A DNA stretch of 59,845 nucleotides, counting the filler, from Sphacelaria rigidula (taxonomy: Eukaryota): the NCBI GenBank assembly GCA_964200075.2. It is 5 parts of 5 records of this genome, joined end to end, with 100 filler letters (N's around TTAATTAATTAA, not from the genome) between each part and the next. Parts side by side here need not be neighbours in the genome. Positions count along the whole stretch, not along the records: positions 11,991 to 23,880 come from CAXNAA020004371.1; 4 more parts are not named here. One strand, 5' to 3'. A program made the position numbers and the translations under genes. Positions 12,062 through 23,980 of the stretch are shown here, piece by piece; the first letter of the stretch is position 1; every line of letters begins with the position of its first letter. Under the pieces are notes generated by a model, which ran no database searches, was not told the DNA's origin, and worked only from the letters and a program-made list of their open reading frames with translations.

Positions 12062-14840
12062 CAGTCGTAGGTAGCGGTCGTGTCAGTAGTTCTTGATCGT
12101 CGTCCGATGTAGGTCGCTGTTGTGGGGTCGTAGAAGAGGATCCTGGTGGAGGAAGGAGGACAGACGATGCTTATGGAAAAAATAGGGGTGGGGCAAAAGT
12201 CGCCACAAGGAAGCGTGGTTCAAGGAGGGGCGTGGACGTCGTGGGTGTGGTCGATGTTGCGCTGGAGACCGCGGCGAAGTCCTTTGGGCTTGAGGCGCTG
12301 GACACATCAGGATCCGCGTGGTGCAGATGGGCTGGTGGTGTATAGCGCTGGCCGAAGCTTGAGCTATATGGGTCCAGGGTCATCGATGAAGCGCACGATG
12401 TATGTGTCGGCCGAAACCAGGTTAGCGGAGTGGGTCTGACCCAAACACCAGAGGCTGTCGCTGCCTTTGAACCAAAGGTAGCTGCTCTTGGGCAGGAATC
12501 GCTGGTTCACGAAGAACTTCGTCTTACAAGTCTTGGAGGGTACAAGTTCGTAACCATCGGCGACAAAGCGTATAGTCCCTGATTGCGGTGAAGTTCGCGG
12601 GCTGCTGCGCCACGGCGTATGTTGCGATATTTCTTGTTGTGAGCAAGATGCTGATGTTGGGATTGCGTCCAGTAAAGGAGGATTGCACGACGGTGCAGTT
12701 GCAGGTCGGATTCGCGTTCCCAAGACGCTCTCCGAAGACCGTGTCAGTGTGTCTTATACATGACAGCGATCTTGCCTCCTCGACCACGGGTTATCTGGTG
12801 GTCGGAAATGGAGGACACAGCCAACCGAAGGGGCTGTTCCGTCACGTCGTCGGTTGTTACGTAGTAGGGCGGGGACTTGGTCGAGTAGCTGTTGAGAACA
12901 TACTGAGTGAGCCCGGCAGGCAGGTACTTGGGCATGTCACTTGTATCATGCGGGTTCGTGCAGGGTTTGCATCTGTGCACGGAGACGCGGGGCTTAGTGT
13001 CTTTGCCTTGGAAGTCGCGAGGCAAGTCGAGATAGAGCAGTTTGTCACCAACAGGTTTTTCATCTGGTGATGATGACGATGGTCCGACTGTCAGGATCTT
13101 GAATGGTCCTGTCCAATTGAGGGACAATTTTGTCTTCAAAATTGTTTCTTTGGCTGCCTTGCTGGTGCCTTGGCGGATGGTCGGCAAACTGTTGTAGATC
13201 CAGACCCAATCACCAACTTTCCAGTTAGGGCGTTTGTGCATGAGGTTGTAGAGAGCAGTGTTAGATCTCTCTAGGCGCGAGGCGTTGGTAGCGTGTTGTT
13301 CGCGTACGAGGGTGAACGCTTTGCGTTGTCGTGCATGCGTTAGTTCGTTGTAGGATATCCGATCCTGATCCAATTCTTGGTGTCCGTCGAACGTGTGGCG
13401 CTCAAACGCGGTGATAGGCAGCCGAGGATAACGTCCAAGATGGAGTTCGTTCAGAGAAAGGCCTGTGGCGGCATTAATCGAGTTGTTGTAGGACAACATG
13501 ATGTGCGAGAGATGTAGGTGCCAGTCATTTTGGCGGTCATTGACGACCGTAGAGAGCACCTGGGCCACGGTGTGATTAACTCTTTCGGTACCAACGTTAC
13601 CGTTTGGGTGGTAGGCGCTCGTGGCAATTTTGCGGGTGCCCAGGAGCTTGTAAACTTCATCAGAGAGATCTGAACAAAATTGCTGACCATTGTCTGGAAG
13701 CAGTCGCTTTGGGCAGCCGTGGTACTTAATGTAATCATGGACCAGTATGTCGGCCGTTCCAGCGGCAGTTAAATCTGCGGCGGTTACTGCGTACATGGAC
13801 GCGTGGCGGCTAAAGCGGTCAGTGGAGAGTATGATGTAGGTGTTGCCGCGACGTGTGGTCGGGAGAGGGCCGAAGTAGTCAAAGGACAGGTGGCCGGGCT
13901 TGTCGGGGAGTCCCATAGAGATCATGGGCCAGCCTACTGTCTGTCGTGAAGTTTTGCGGGCTTGGCATTTAAAGCATAGCCGAATCCAGAAGCGGGTTGA
14001 AATTTTCATGCCAACCCACCAGTGGAAGCGTTCCAAGAGCGCGAGGGTGCGGGTGACGCCAAGTTGACATGACAAGTCTGTGTGGCAGCTTTTCATGACC
14101 CAGGGACGCAATAATAATGGCACATATATGCGCGTTGGTTCATCATTGAGTAGTCGTGCGGTGCGTCCCGTAGTTGAGGCGGCAATTGCGCCTGTCAAGG
14201 GCCTGGGCCGACGTACGAGTAGTTGCACACCTTCATCCGTCGTAAAAAGGGTGCCTTTACGCACGAGCTCGTATACGTCAGAAATAACTGGTGGTGGTAG
14301 TGTTCCAACCGGGGCTAGAAGTGTGGATGGAAAAGGGACTGGGCAGTCAAGTTGTGAGTACCGGATGGCTGCGCGACATAGCGGTTCTGCGTTCTGTTCG
14401 CGAGCCCAATCGCGGTGGGAGTAGCTGGCGAGAAACTCGCGTAGTTGACCTTCCGCTGGCGAGCCGACCAAACATGGTAGGGCAGGCGGCGGGGGAATAG
14501 GCGACGGGGCAGAAATGCCGACGTCAATATCTGTCCCGGGAGCAGGAGACGAGTCGTCAGTTCCGTGCTCTGAGGTAGGAGGTGTTTGCGGCGCCGTTAT
14601 TGGCGGCGGGGTTGTATCAGTGCGCGGCGAAGATTGTTCGCGACGCGTGGCGCACGGTGCATAAGTTTTCGCGGAGCTTTGTGTTGTGGACCATGGAACT
14701 TGTGCTGGGTGGCTCATAGAGGTTGAAGGTGTTGTTGGTGGTGGCGGGACACTCGGTGTGGTGCGGGCGGCAGACCGGGAGCGCGTGTTGTCGGAGATAA
14801 GGTGGGTGACTGGAGGTGTCTCCGCGAAGAGTTTCGCGCG
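12062..14840 (-). mobile_element. Ty3/Gypsy LTR retrotransposon fragment (copy A): linker, integrase, chromodomain and C-terminal domain; truncated at both ends
   Basis: Colinear, highly similar duplicate of 16181-18960. ORF 12744-14912 has the integrase zinc-binding region (CH...RTL...WWVGM...CFKCQ), core (FDYFGP...DNGQQF...NGNVGTERVN) and LNWTGPF. A TGA replaces Trp in the chromodomain at 12744. Confidence 0.9.
12744..14840 (-). pseudogene. Gypsy pol remnant (integrase), copy A
   Basis: Long open frame with rve integrase motifs; premature stop in the chromodomain and a frameshift before the C-terminal domain (12364-12723). Confidence 0.85.
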
Positions 14841-14843
14841 CAG

Positions 14844-15770
14844 TGTGCGTTGGCCCCACGTAGCACAAGATGTGCAGTCAAACACTACAGCAAGTTGCAA
14901 GTAGAAGGGCACGAATACGCTTTACCGAGCGACACACGGGGCAGAAGCTTTAGGAGCTGCTGACTATCGAAGCGATAGATTCGACTAATAACTGTCCCGA
15001 AGGGAACGGAGAGGGAGCAACATGATCAAAAAGCTGGGGCTAAACAGCTGGGCAGCAGGAAGGAAGCGCAATAGCCAAATAAGAAGCTCCTTCGTCAAAC
15101 GCCAATGTAATGAGGAGCAAAGGGTAATATAAGCAAGGGCACAGGTTGTGGTCCAAGGTACAGGCTCACAAGGCCAGCGGACTACAGTCAGGATGGCACA
15201 GCTCTGCACACAGCTGAACACAGCTCAGCACAATAAGCTCAGCACAATATCAGACGGGTTCTCACGCAATAGGTTCTTCACTCCTTCTGGCTATCTTGAT
15301 TCTCACTCCAGTACCCAGTCAATCAATCCAACCCAAACCAGCCAATACCTCTCACCGATGGATAGACTTCCTTTTGCTGGCTAGCAGAAGGGTAGCAGTT
15401 GGTATTGATTGATGGTGCGAGCTTTGGTCGTGGGAACAGCGACCATAGCCAGTATCATCCCTGTAGTTATACAGGTTCACATTCGTACCCGACCAACTCT
15501 GAACAGACCTGTAGTATTGGCTACCGAGATTCTCAAATTACCGAAAGCCAGACTTCGACAGCGGGTCTGAAGCGGCATGACAACATGCTAGTATGCGTCT
15601 TCATGACACTAAGCCACCCAGACGAACCTTTATTACAGCTGCGAGGATTTGTCCTCATAACAGCGAAAACTAAGGGTTTTGTTTACACGTCAAGTCATGA
15701 GCGGCTAATAAAGCATACCTAAAGGAACATCCCGTACCTAACACTCCGGTACAACAATCCTGTACCCACT
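14844..15770 (-). repeat. Putative 3' LTR of copy B
   Basis: Non-coding ~0.9-kb block between the 3' UTR of copy B and the break in copy A. It ends in ...ACA on the minus strand at 14844, with a G-rich PPT-like tract GAGGTGTGGGAGTGGG at ~15765-15780. No second LTR is present in the contig to confirm the boundaries. Confidence 0.45.
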
Positions 15771-15928
15771 CCCACACCTCAAAAGAAGAGAAGCATAGAC
15801 TGCTTCGAGGAGCAGAAAAAAACTGCTCCGAAACGCAGAAGCACAAACTGCTTCGGCGTGCTAGCGATCAACGAGGAAGCACAACTTGCTTCGGCGCCCT
15901 AGCGAAATTTAAGTGGGGAAAACAGGGA

Positions 15929-16092
15929 GGTACAACAGGGAGCAGAGCTCTAACCTGGGGAAAGCCAAAGGTACAACAGGGAGCCGGGCTTCAACCTGGT
16001 GAAGTTCAAAGCTACAACAGGGGGCAGAGCTTCAACCTGGGGGAATCCAAAGGTACGACAGGGAGCAGAGCTTCAAGCTGGGGGAATTCAAA
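15929..16092. repeat. 4 x 41-bp tandem repeat in the retrotransposon 3' UTR
   Basis: Units start at 15929, 15970, 16011 and 16052; consensus GGTACAACAGGGAGCAGAGCTTCAACCTGGGGGAATTCAAA. Confidence 0.92.
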
Positions 16093-16338
16093 GGTGCTAA
16101 AAACTGCAAGATCGAAAATCTGGAAATCGGTGATCCAACGAGATCGAGCGCCAGTTGAAGGGGATACTCTAGCTCCTGTAGTCGTAGATAGTGGTCGTTC
16201 AGTAGTTCTTGATCGTCATCCGATGTAGGTCGCGCTGTTGTGTTGTCGTAGAAGAGGATCCTGGTGGAGAAGGGGGGGGAAGACAATGCTGACGTGAAAA
16301 AATAGGGGTGGGGCAACAGTCGCGACAAAAAGCGTGGT

Positions 16339-19300
16339 TCAAGACGGGGCGTGGATGTCGTGGGTGTGGTCGATGTTGCGCTGAAGACCGCGACGAAGTC
16401 CTTTGGACTTAAGGCGCTGGAAACACCAGGATCCGTGTGGTGCAGATGGGCTGGTGGTGTATAGCGCTGGCCGAAGCTTGAGCTGTATGGGTCCGCGGTA
16501 ATCGATGAAGCGCACGATGTATGTGTCGGCCGAAACCAGATCAGCGGAGTGGGTCTGACCCAACCACCAGAGGTTGTCGCGGCCTTTGAACCAAAGGTAG
16601 CTGCCCTTGAGCAGGAGTCGTTGGTTCACAAAGAACTTCGTCTTATAAGTCTTGGAGGGTACAAGTTCGTCACCATCGGCGACAAAGCGTAGTCCCTGGT
16701 TGCGGTGAAGTTCGCGGGCTGCTGCGCCACGGCACATGTTGCGATATTTCTTGTTTTGAGCAAGGTGTCGATGTTGGGATTGCGTCCAGTAAAGGAGGAT
16801 TGCACGACGGTGCAATTGCAGGTCGGATTCGCGTTCCCAAGACGCTCTCCGAAGACCTTGCCAGTGTGTCTTATACATGACAGCAGTCTTGCCTCCTCGA
16901 CCACGGGTTATCTGGTGGCCGGAAATGGAGGATACAGCCAACCGAAGGGGCTGTTCCGTCACGTCGTCGGTTGTAACGTGGTAGGGCGGGGACTTGGTTG
17001 AGTAGCTGTTGAGAACATACTGGGTGAGTCCAGTAGGCAGGTACTTGGGCATGTCGCTAGTATCATGCGGGTTCGTGCAGGGTTTGCATCTGTGCACGGA
17101 GACGCGGGGCTTGGTGTCTTTGCCCCGGAAGTCGCGAGGCAAGTCGAGATAGAGCAGTTTGGCACCAACGGGTTTTTCATCCGGTGATGATGACGATGGT
17201 CCGACTGTCAGGATCTTGAATAGTCCTGTCCAATTGAGGGACAATTTTGTCTTCAAAATTGTTTCGTCGGCTGCCTTGCTGGTGCCTTGGCGGATGGTCG
17301 ACAAGCTGTTGCAGATCCAAACCCAACCACCAACTTTCCAGTTAGGGCGTTTGTGCATAAGGTTGTAGAGAGCAGTGTTAGATCTCTCTAGGCACGAGGC
17401 ATTGATAGCGTGTTGTTCGCGCACGAGGGTAAACGCTTTGCGTTGTCGCGCGTGCGCTAGATCGTGGTAGGATAGCTGATCCTGATCCAATCCTTTGTGG
17501 CCGTCGAACGTGTGGCGCTCAAACACGGTGATAGGCAGCCGAGGGTAACGTCCAAGATGGAGTTCGTTCGGAGAAAGGCCTGTGGCGGCATTAACCGAGT
17601 TGTTGTAGGACAACATGATGTGCGAGAGATGTAGGTCCCAGTCATTTTGGCGGTCATTGACAACCCTAGAAAACATCCGGGCCATGGTGTGATTAACTCT
17701 TTCGGTACCACCGTTACCGTTCGGGTGGTAGGCGCTCGTGGCAATTTTGCGGATGCCCAGGAGCTTGTAAAGCTCATCAGAGAGGTCTGAGCAAAGTTGC
17801 TGGCCATTGTCTGAAAGTAGTCGCTTTGGACAACCGTAGTGCTTAATATAATCGTGGACCAGTATGTCGGCCGTTCCGGCGGCAGTGAAATCTGCGGCAG
17901 TTACCGCGTACATGGACGCGTGGCGGCTAGAGCGGTCAGTGCAGAGTAAGATGTAGGTATTGCCGCGACCTGTGGTTGGTGGAGGACCGAAGTAGCCAAA
18001 AGCTACAAGGTGGCCGGGCTTGTCGGGGAGTCCCAGAGAGATGACGGGCCAGCGTACTGTCTGTCGTGAAGTTTTTCGGGCTTGGCATTTAAGACATCGC
18101 CGAATCCAGAAGTGGGTTGAAATTTCCATGCCAACCCATCAGTAGAAGCGTTCCAAGAGCGCGAGGGTGCGGGTGACGCCACGGTGACATGGCAAATCTG
18201 TGTTGCAGCCTTTCATGATCCAGGGGCGCATTAGTAAGGGCACATATATGCGCGTTGGTTCGTCATTGAGTAATCGTGCGGTGCGTCCCGTAGTTGAGGC
18301 GGCAATGGCGCCTGTCAAGGGCGTGGGCCGACGTACGAGTAGTTGCACGCCTTCATCCGTTGTAAAAAGGGTGCCTTTACGCACGAGCTCGTATACATCA
18401 GAAATAACTGGTGGTTGCAGTGTCTCAACCGGGGCCAGCAGTGTGGATGGAAAAGGGACTGGGCAGTCAAGTTGTAAGTACCGGATGGCTGCGCGACATA
18501 GCGATCCTGCGTGTTGTTCGCGAGCCCAATCGCGGTGGGAGTAGCTGGCGAGAAACTCGCGTAGTTGCCCTTCCGCTGGCGAGCCGACCAATCATGGTAG
18601 GGCAGGCGGCGGGGCAACAGGCGACGGGGCAGGAATGCCGACGTCAATATCTGTTCCGGGAGCAGGAGACGAGTCGTCAGTTCCATGCTCGGGGGCAGAA
18701 TATGTTTGCGGCGCCGTTATTGGCGGCGGGGTTGTATCAGTGCGCGGCGAAGGTTGTCCGCGGCGCGTGGCGCACGGTGCAGAAGTTTTCGCGGAGCTTT
18801 GGGTGTTGGTCCGCGGAACTTGTGCTGGGTGGCTCATAGAGGTTGCAGGTGTTGTCGGTGGCGGCGAGGCACTCGGTGTGGTGCGGGCGGCAGACCGGGA
18901 GCGCATGTTGTCGGAGATAAGGTGGGTGACTGGGGGTGTCTCCGCAAAGAGTTTCGCGCGAGTACCGAAAGTGCGAAAATCGACAAAATCGGAGGTAGTG
19001 GGCTTTAGCCCACCCAAGCCGGCCTCATATGGTAGAGGGCGAGGCCCTCCCATATGCTACCACTTTCCGGGCACTGGAGGTCGAGGGCGTAAACGGGCGT
19101 TGTAGAACGCCAAATCCCGTAAATTCCGGGTTCATCGGGTTCCGTTAAACGGCAAGCCGGGCTGATATCTGCGGCTGTAGGCGGCAGAGGTAAGCGGGAA
19201 AGAAGATCCGCGTTCCCGTTGGTTTTGCCTGGACGGTGCTTAATGGAATACTGGTATGCTGTTGGAAACTCCAACCATCGTTGTACACGAGGGTTATGTT

Positions 19301-22300
19301 CACCAGCCTTGGCAAGTTGTTCAAGTGCTCCGTGATCCGTATAGATCTCGAAGGGCACGTGAAACAGATATTGTCGGAGGCGCTTAATGGCCCAAGTGAT
19401 TACTGCGCCTTCCAGTTCTAGCGGGCTCCAATTGGCCTCGTTGGGTAGAGTAGCGCGGGTGATATAAAGGATGGGCCGGACAGAGCCATCAACCTGAGGT
19501 TGATTCAAAAGTCCTCCAAAGCCATTTGTGCTAGCGTCAGTATGGAGTTGGAAACGGCGGGAGCCATCTTGTACTGCCTCCCAATCAGGACAACAAAGTA
19601 CGGGCTTTTCGGTCAAGTGTCTTGAGTAATGCGCGGGTGATATTCTCCATTTCGGTGGTGAAAGAAATCACGGCTCCTTTCTTGAGTAGCTCAGTTTGGG
19701 GGCGAATCCGTTTCGATAAATTCGGCAAAAATTGTGGTAGTAGGATAGCCCACCCAACAATGAGCGAAGTTGAGAGATGTTAGTTGGCATTGGCAAATCA
19801 GTCATCGCCTTGACTTTGTTTGTACCCGGATGCAGGCCTGCTGGCGAAATGGAATGCCCCAAGAAATCCAAATCGCACCAAGGCGAGCTTCGGATGTAGA
19901 CAGTTTCAAATCGTGCGTGCGTAGGCAAGAGAGAAATTCTCGTAGAGTGCTTTATTGTGCAATAGGTGAGGCATCGAAAGCGATAGCGTCATCTAAGTAC
20001 ATGATGATGTGCTCGATGCCCTCGGTGACGCGTTGCATTAAGCGTTGAAAGCATCCCGGGGCAGTGGCGGCGCCTTGTGGCATTCGAAGCCACTCATAGA
20101 GTCCGGACGAGGTGCAAAAAGCCGTCAGTGGGACTGTGTCAGGGTGTATAGCATTCTGAAAAAAACAGAAGCGAGGTCGAAGGTGCTGAATATTTTCCCT
20201 TGGCCTAAGGAGTCGAAGACTCCATCAATGCGGGGAATTGGAAGTTTACCGGCTACAGTGACGCGGTTCAACCGTTGGTAATTCACGGTTATGCGTATGT
20301 TTCCATCCTTTTGGGGGACGACCAGAAGGGACGAGGCCCAAGGGGAGGAGAAATGTTGTATTAGTCCCGCTCTTAAATACGCATCCAAGATGGCGTTAAC
20401 TTTCTTGGTAAGGATTGGGTTGGTACGGTATGGCCGAGATTAAATCGGCGAGACACCGGGTTGGAGGGTAACCTCAAAGGGCAGTGTTTTGCAATGCCCA
20501 AGATCCGTCTTGGATCGGGAAAATCGATCTTGGTACTGTAGCAGGACATCACTGAGTTCTTGGATGACTGCTGGTTCCCAGCCGGGCCCATGAAGGTCAA
20601 AATTGATGTCGCGCATGTGTGGCGGCAGTTGGTTCTACATGTGCAAGAAACTATTCCGAGAATCTGGCGATAAGCGTTGAACCACTTCAGCAGGAGGATC
20701 GGAATTTGACCGGGTAGGATCCACGGTGTGGACCTGGAGTGGAGTCGCGGAGGCGAGGTCGAAATAGGGTTCATCGAAACAATGGACTGACTCAGCCGGA
20801 GATGTGGCGCTTGGCGCGGCAGGCTCTGTGACGCACGTCTCGAGTGGGATGTGCATCAGGGGAGCAGCGACGATTCCTAAAACATCGCCGGGTTCCAAGT
20901 TAGCATGTCCCGTGAGAGGGAGGAGTTGTTGTCCCGCCGACAAAAAGTGTTCTGTGTCGGCTGGTTCCCCAATACGGGGTAACATTTCGGCAAGATAATG
21001 GCCCGTAAGTGCTGGCATGCCATTTCGGCGAACTAGTGCAACTTCAAGAAGTTGGGGGTCGTCGGAGAGTGTAATACCCACACTACCGTTATATCGTAGG
21101 TGGTAAGTAGCTCCGGTTGCTTGAGGATTCTTCTGATATGCCAGGGCGCCGTGGAGAGTACCGAAGTGCTCGAGGTTGAATTCTCCACTCGGCGTGGAAT
21201 GTGGCGTTAGTGGTGGAAGCGTGCGGTAGGTTCGTTTGTTTATCCGCATATGGCTATCTCTGCCCAATAGTATGGCGTGATGCAATGTGTTTTCGGGGAC
21301 AATATATGCCCAGACTACCAGGCTGACAGATCGAGTGGTGTTGTGAAAGAATTGTAAACTGAGACGTACGGGTTTTCGTGTCGTCAGTGGCGCGGCAGAA
21401 TCACCGAAACCGCCCCACACGCGAGGTTTGGTGGTGGTTTCACAGGCTGCAGTAGCAGCGCCTACTCTTTCATGTGCTCCCATGTTGATTCTCGAATAAA
21501 TGTTTGCGGGCTGCCGCTGTCCAACAAGGGTATGCATTTCGTAGGCGTGATAGCGTTTAGACCGGCATGGATCGCAACGCGAGTAGTGAAAGTGGCCGGA
21601 TCTAAAGACGCTTTGCCGCCGACAAGATCCGGACCGTGTTCCGGCAAGGTAAACTGGTCAGGATCAGCGAGGCTGACAGCAAAAACGCACGGCGGATGAT
21701 CCGCCGGTGGGTCAGATGTCTCACCAAAGAAGGGGGTGGACAGCATATTATTTCCAGGTGTGGCACAGTCATTGGCGATTTCGTAAATGATCGTCTTCGG
21801 TTGACAGGGATCACCGTCGAAGGGGGATCCAGAATGTGCGGAGCTGGAGTCATCCATTGAAGAAGTAGTGCCGTTAGAATCATGTGATTTTGTTCCTTCC
21901 GGGATGGCTGATAGAGCCGTCGAGCTCAAAGTCGTCGCATTTTGGAGAGAATGAGGTCGAGAATCTCCGCTCGAAAGAGGTGTACGTAATGATGCGCGCG
22001 CGTCCTTGGGGGCATGCTTACGGGGCTTTCTCTTTCGCCGTGACAAAGGTCGGGGAACTTCCAAAATATTTGGGGATAAAACCACGACTGCGTCCAGTTG
22101 CGTGGATGGGGTCAGCATCGGGGCATGACGGAGCGAAACTTGTGGACTGCTTTCCGTAGGCAAGTTTGGCTGTTGGGGCATAGCCGAAGATATGTTTGGG
22201 CGGTTGTTAGTAAAACCGGCCGAAGGTAGATCCATGCGTCTTGAAAATCGCGGGGAAGGAGCCCGATCGAACTGATTGTGAATTACATGATCCGATGTGG

Positions 22301-23740
22301 TCAGGTTCGAATCAGCAACACTCGGGTCAGCTGAAAAAGGCTTGCTGCTACCTGTGCGTGCGGTCGCTGAGGGAAGCCTTTGCCTCAGGGACTGGCGGTT
22401 GGTCTTCCCACACCTCAGATTTATACTCGGTACTGAAGGACCAAGTTCAGTGCCGGGTGCAGGTCTGAGTCGCGGGTTGACACAACTGTTACGCGGTGTG
22501 TGCAAGGGTGAAGACGGGGGTCGATATGAACGGCCGTCAGTTGCACTCTTGCATAGTGCCGGGAGAGCCGGGCGGACAATCTTAGTCACGGGCTCTGCGG
22601 GCTGTGTTGAAAATTGTGTGGAGGTTCGACACGGGGGTCGATATGAACGGCCGTCAGTTACGCTCCTGGATAGTGCCGGGAGAGTCGAGTGAGAAATTTT
22701 TGACACGGACTCCGCGGGCTGTGTTGAAAAAGTCTTCGCTCGTGCTATCGACGGCGCGAAAGACCGAAGAACGCCGGCGTTGGCACGTCATGGATCTAGG
22801 CGACCCGTAGTGAAGGTATCAGGGTTTCTGGTGTTGGGATTAGAGCTTTGTGTCGGTCCCGTCCGCTGGTGTCTATCAGCGGGACGTTTGTCGTCGCGAG
22901 ATTTTTTATTCCTCTGGCGAGGGCTTCCGTGATTGTTGTTGTGTCGGCGACCGCGATTAGAGTTGTTGTTGCCACGTTGGTTCGAATCGTTGCGGTAATT
23001 TCGAGTTTGTGGACGATAGTCGCGCATGCGTTTTTGCCATCGGCGCCACGCGGGTTCATTGTCCTGCAATTCAGGGCTCATGAGATCAAAGGCATTGATG
23101 CATGGACTGTCACAGTCGCGCATGCTGTGGCCTTGAACACTACAGTTGATGCAACTGTTGGCATGACTGCTGAAGCATTGCGTCTAGCGGAAGACGAAAG
23201 AAGTGGGCTCCACAGATGGGGGTCACCGGTTATGAATGCCGTTGTTGAAGTCAGATAAACATCATCCCAACTTTCCTCGGAAAACGGCCAACCGTCAAAA
23301 CTCGCGCTGAATGCATCTCTGGTACTCTGAACATGCATTACTGAACCGGCGACTGAGTCGGGGGTCCATGAAGCGCGAGACGAGCTCGAATTCCTGCCAC
23401 GAGTCCCTTGGGCATGAGCGGAGGGCACAACCGTAGGTTGTGAACGAACAGACGTTGAAGGTTTGCCACGTATGACAGGCGTAAGATTACCCTCTTGGTG
23501 TACAAAAGCAGACCACATAGTATCGACGGAGGCGAAAGGCACCTCGCGATGCGCCAAAACACCCGGAAACAACGACGGCATCAGAGCCGGATACTGTTGA
23601 GAAACGCTATTGCACTAAATCTGGATATAGCAACTAACTCCGTTTTGGGCATTATCCTTTGCAACCTCTTCGTACAGCGGGAAGCACGGTTTGAGACAGG
23701 TATGTTTGAGAGAGTTGCTGGTTCGAGAAAGGTCAAGATG
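16339..23740 (-). pseudogene. Gypsy gag-pol polyprotein, broken by frameshifts and stops
   Basis: Consecutive ORF pieces 23078-23581, 22788-23123, 21462-22706, 20635-21537, 20125-20388, 19668-19928, 19005-19616, 18592-19053, 18139-18591 and 16339-18129 each carry part of the expected domains. In-frame TGA at 18139 where copy A has TGG. Confidence 0.88.
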
Positions 23741-23880
23741 GCTTGGCACACCGCTGTTTAGAACCGAACCCCGCTTCTCAAACTGCACCTACCCGAGAGT
23801 GCTCAAAAACCAAATGCGAGACCCTACGCCCCTTTTTTGAATCCTTGAGTTTCTTTTTTGGGGAGAAAGAGGGGGGGGGG

Positions 23881-23980
23881 NNNNNNNNNNNNNNNNNNNN
23901 NNNNNNNNNNNNNNNNNNNNNNNNTTAATTAATTAANNNNNNNNNNNNNNNNNNNNNNNNNNNNNNNNNNNNNNNNNNNN
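23881..23980. other. Artificial 100-bp contig spacer
   Basis: N-TTAATTAATTAA-N. Confidence 0.97.

Larger units (their letters stand above)
14844..23880 (-). mobile_element. Ty3/Gypsy chromodomain-bearing LTR retrotransposon (copy B), decayed, 5' end cut by the contig end
   Basis: Domain order gag-PR-RT-RNaseH-INT. Gag CCHC knuckle CINCSVQGHSMRDC (23112-23153); protease LLDSGSPQTF (~21490-21520) and ILLGRD; RT SPWASSLLVVPQKDG...FSTFDLAS and IIMYLDD (~19990); RNase H LHTDAS...ELEG...YTDHGAL; integrase 16339-18591. Confidence 0.93.

Noticed and set aside
14841-14912. Novel N terminus giving a stand-alone 722-aa integrase gene
   Set aside because: The start is non-ATG read-through from adjoining LTR-like sequence, and the frame ends at a premature stop in the chromodomain.
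15790-16092. CRISPR-like array
   Set aside because: The 41-bp units are contiguous with no unique spacers, the context is a eukaryotic retrotransposon, and there are no cas genes.
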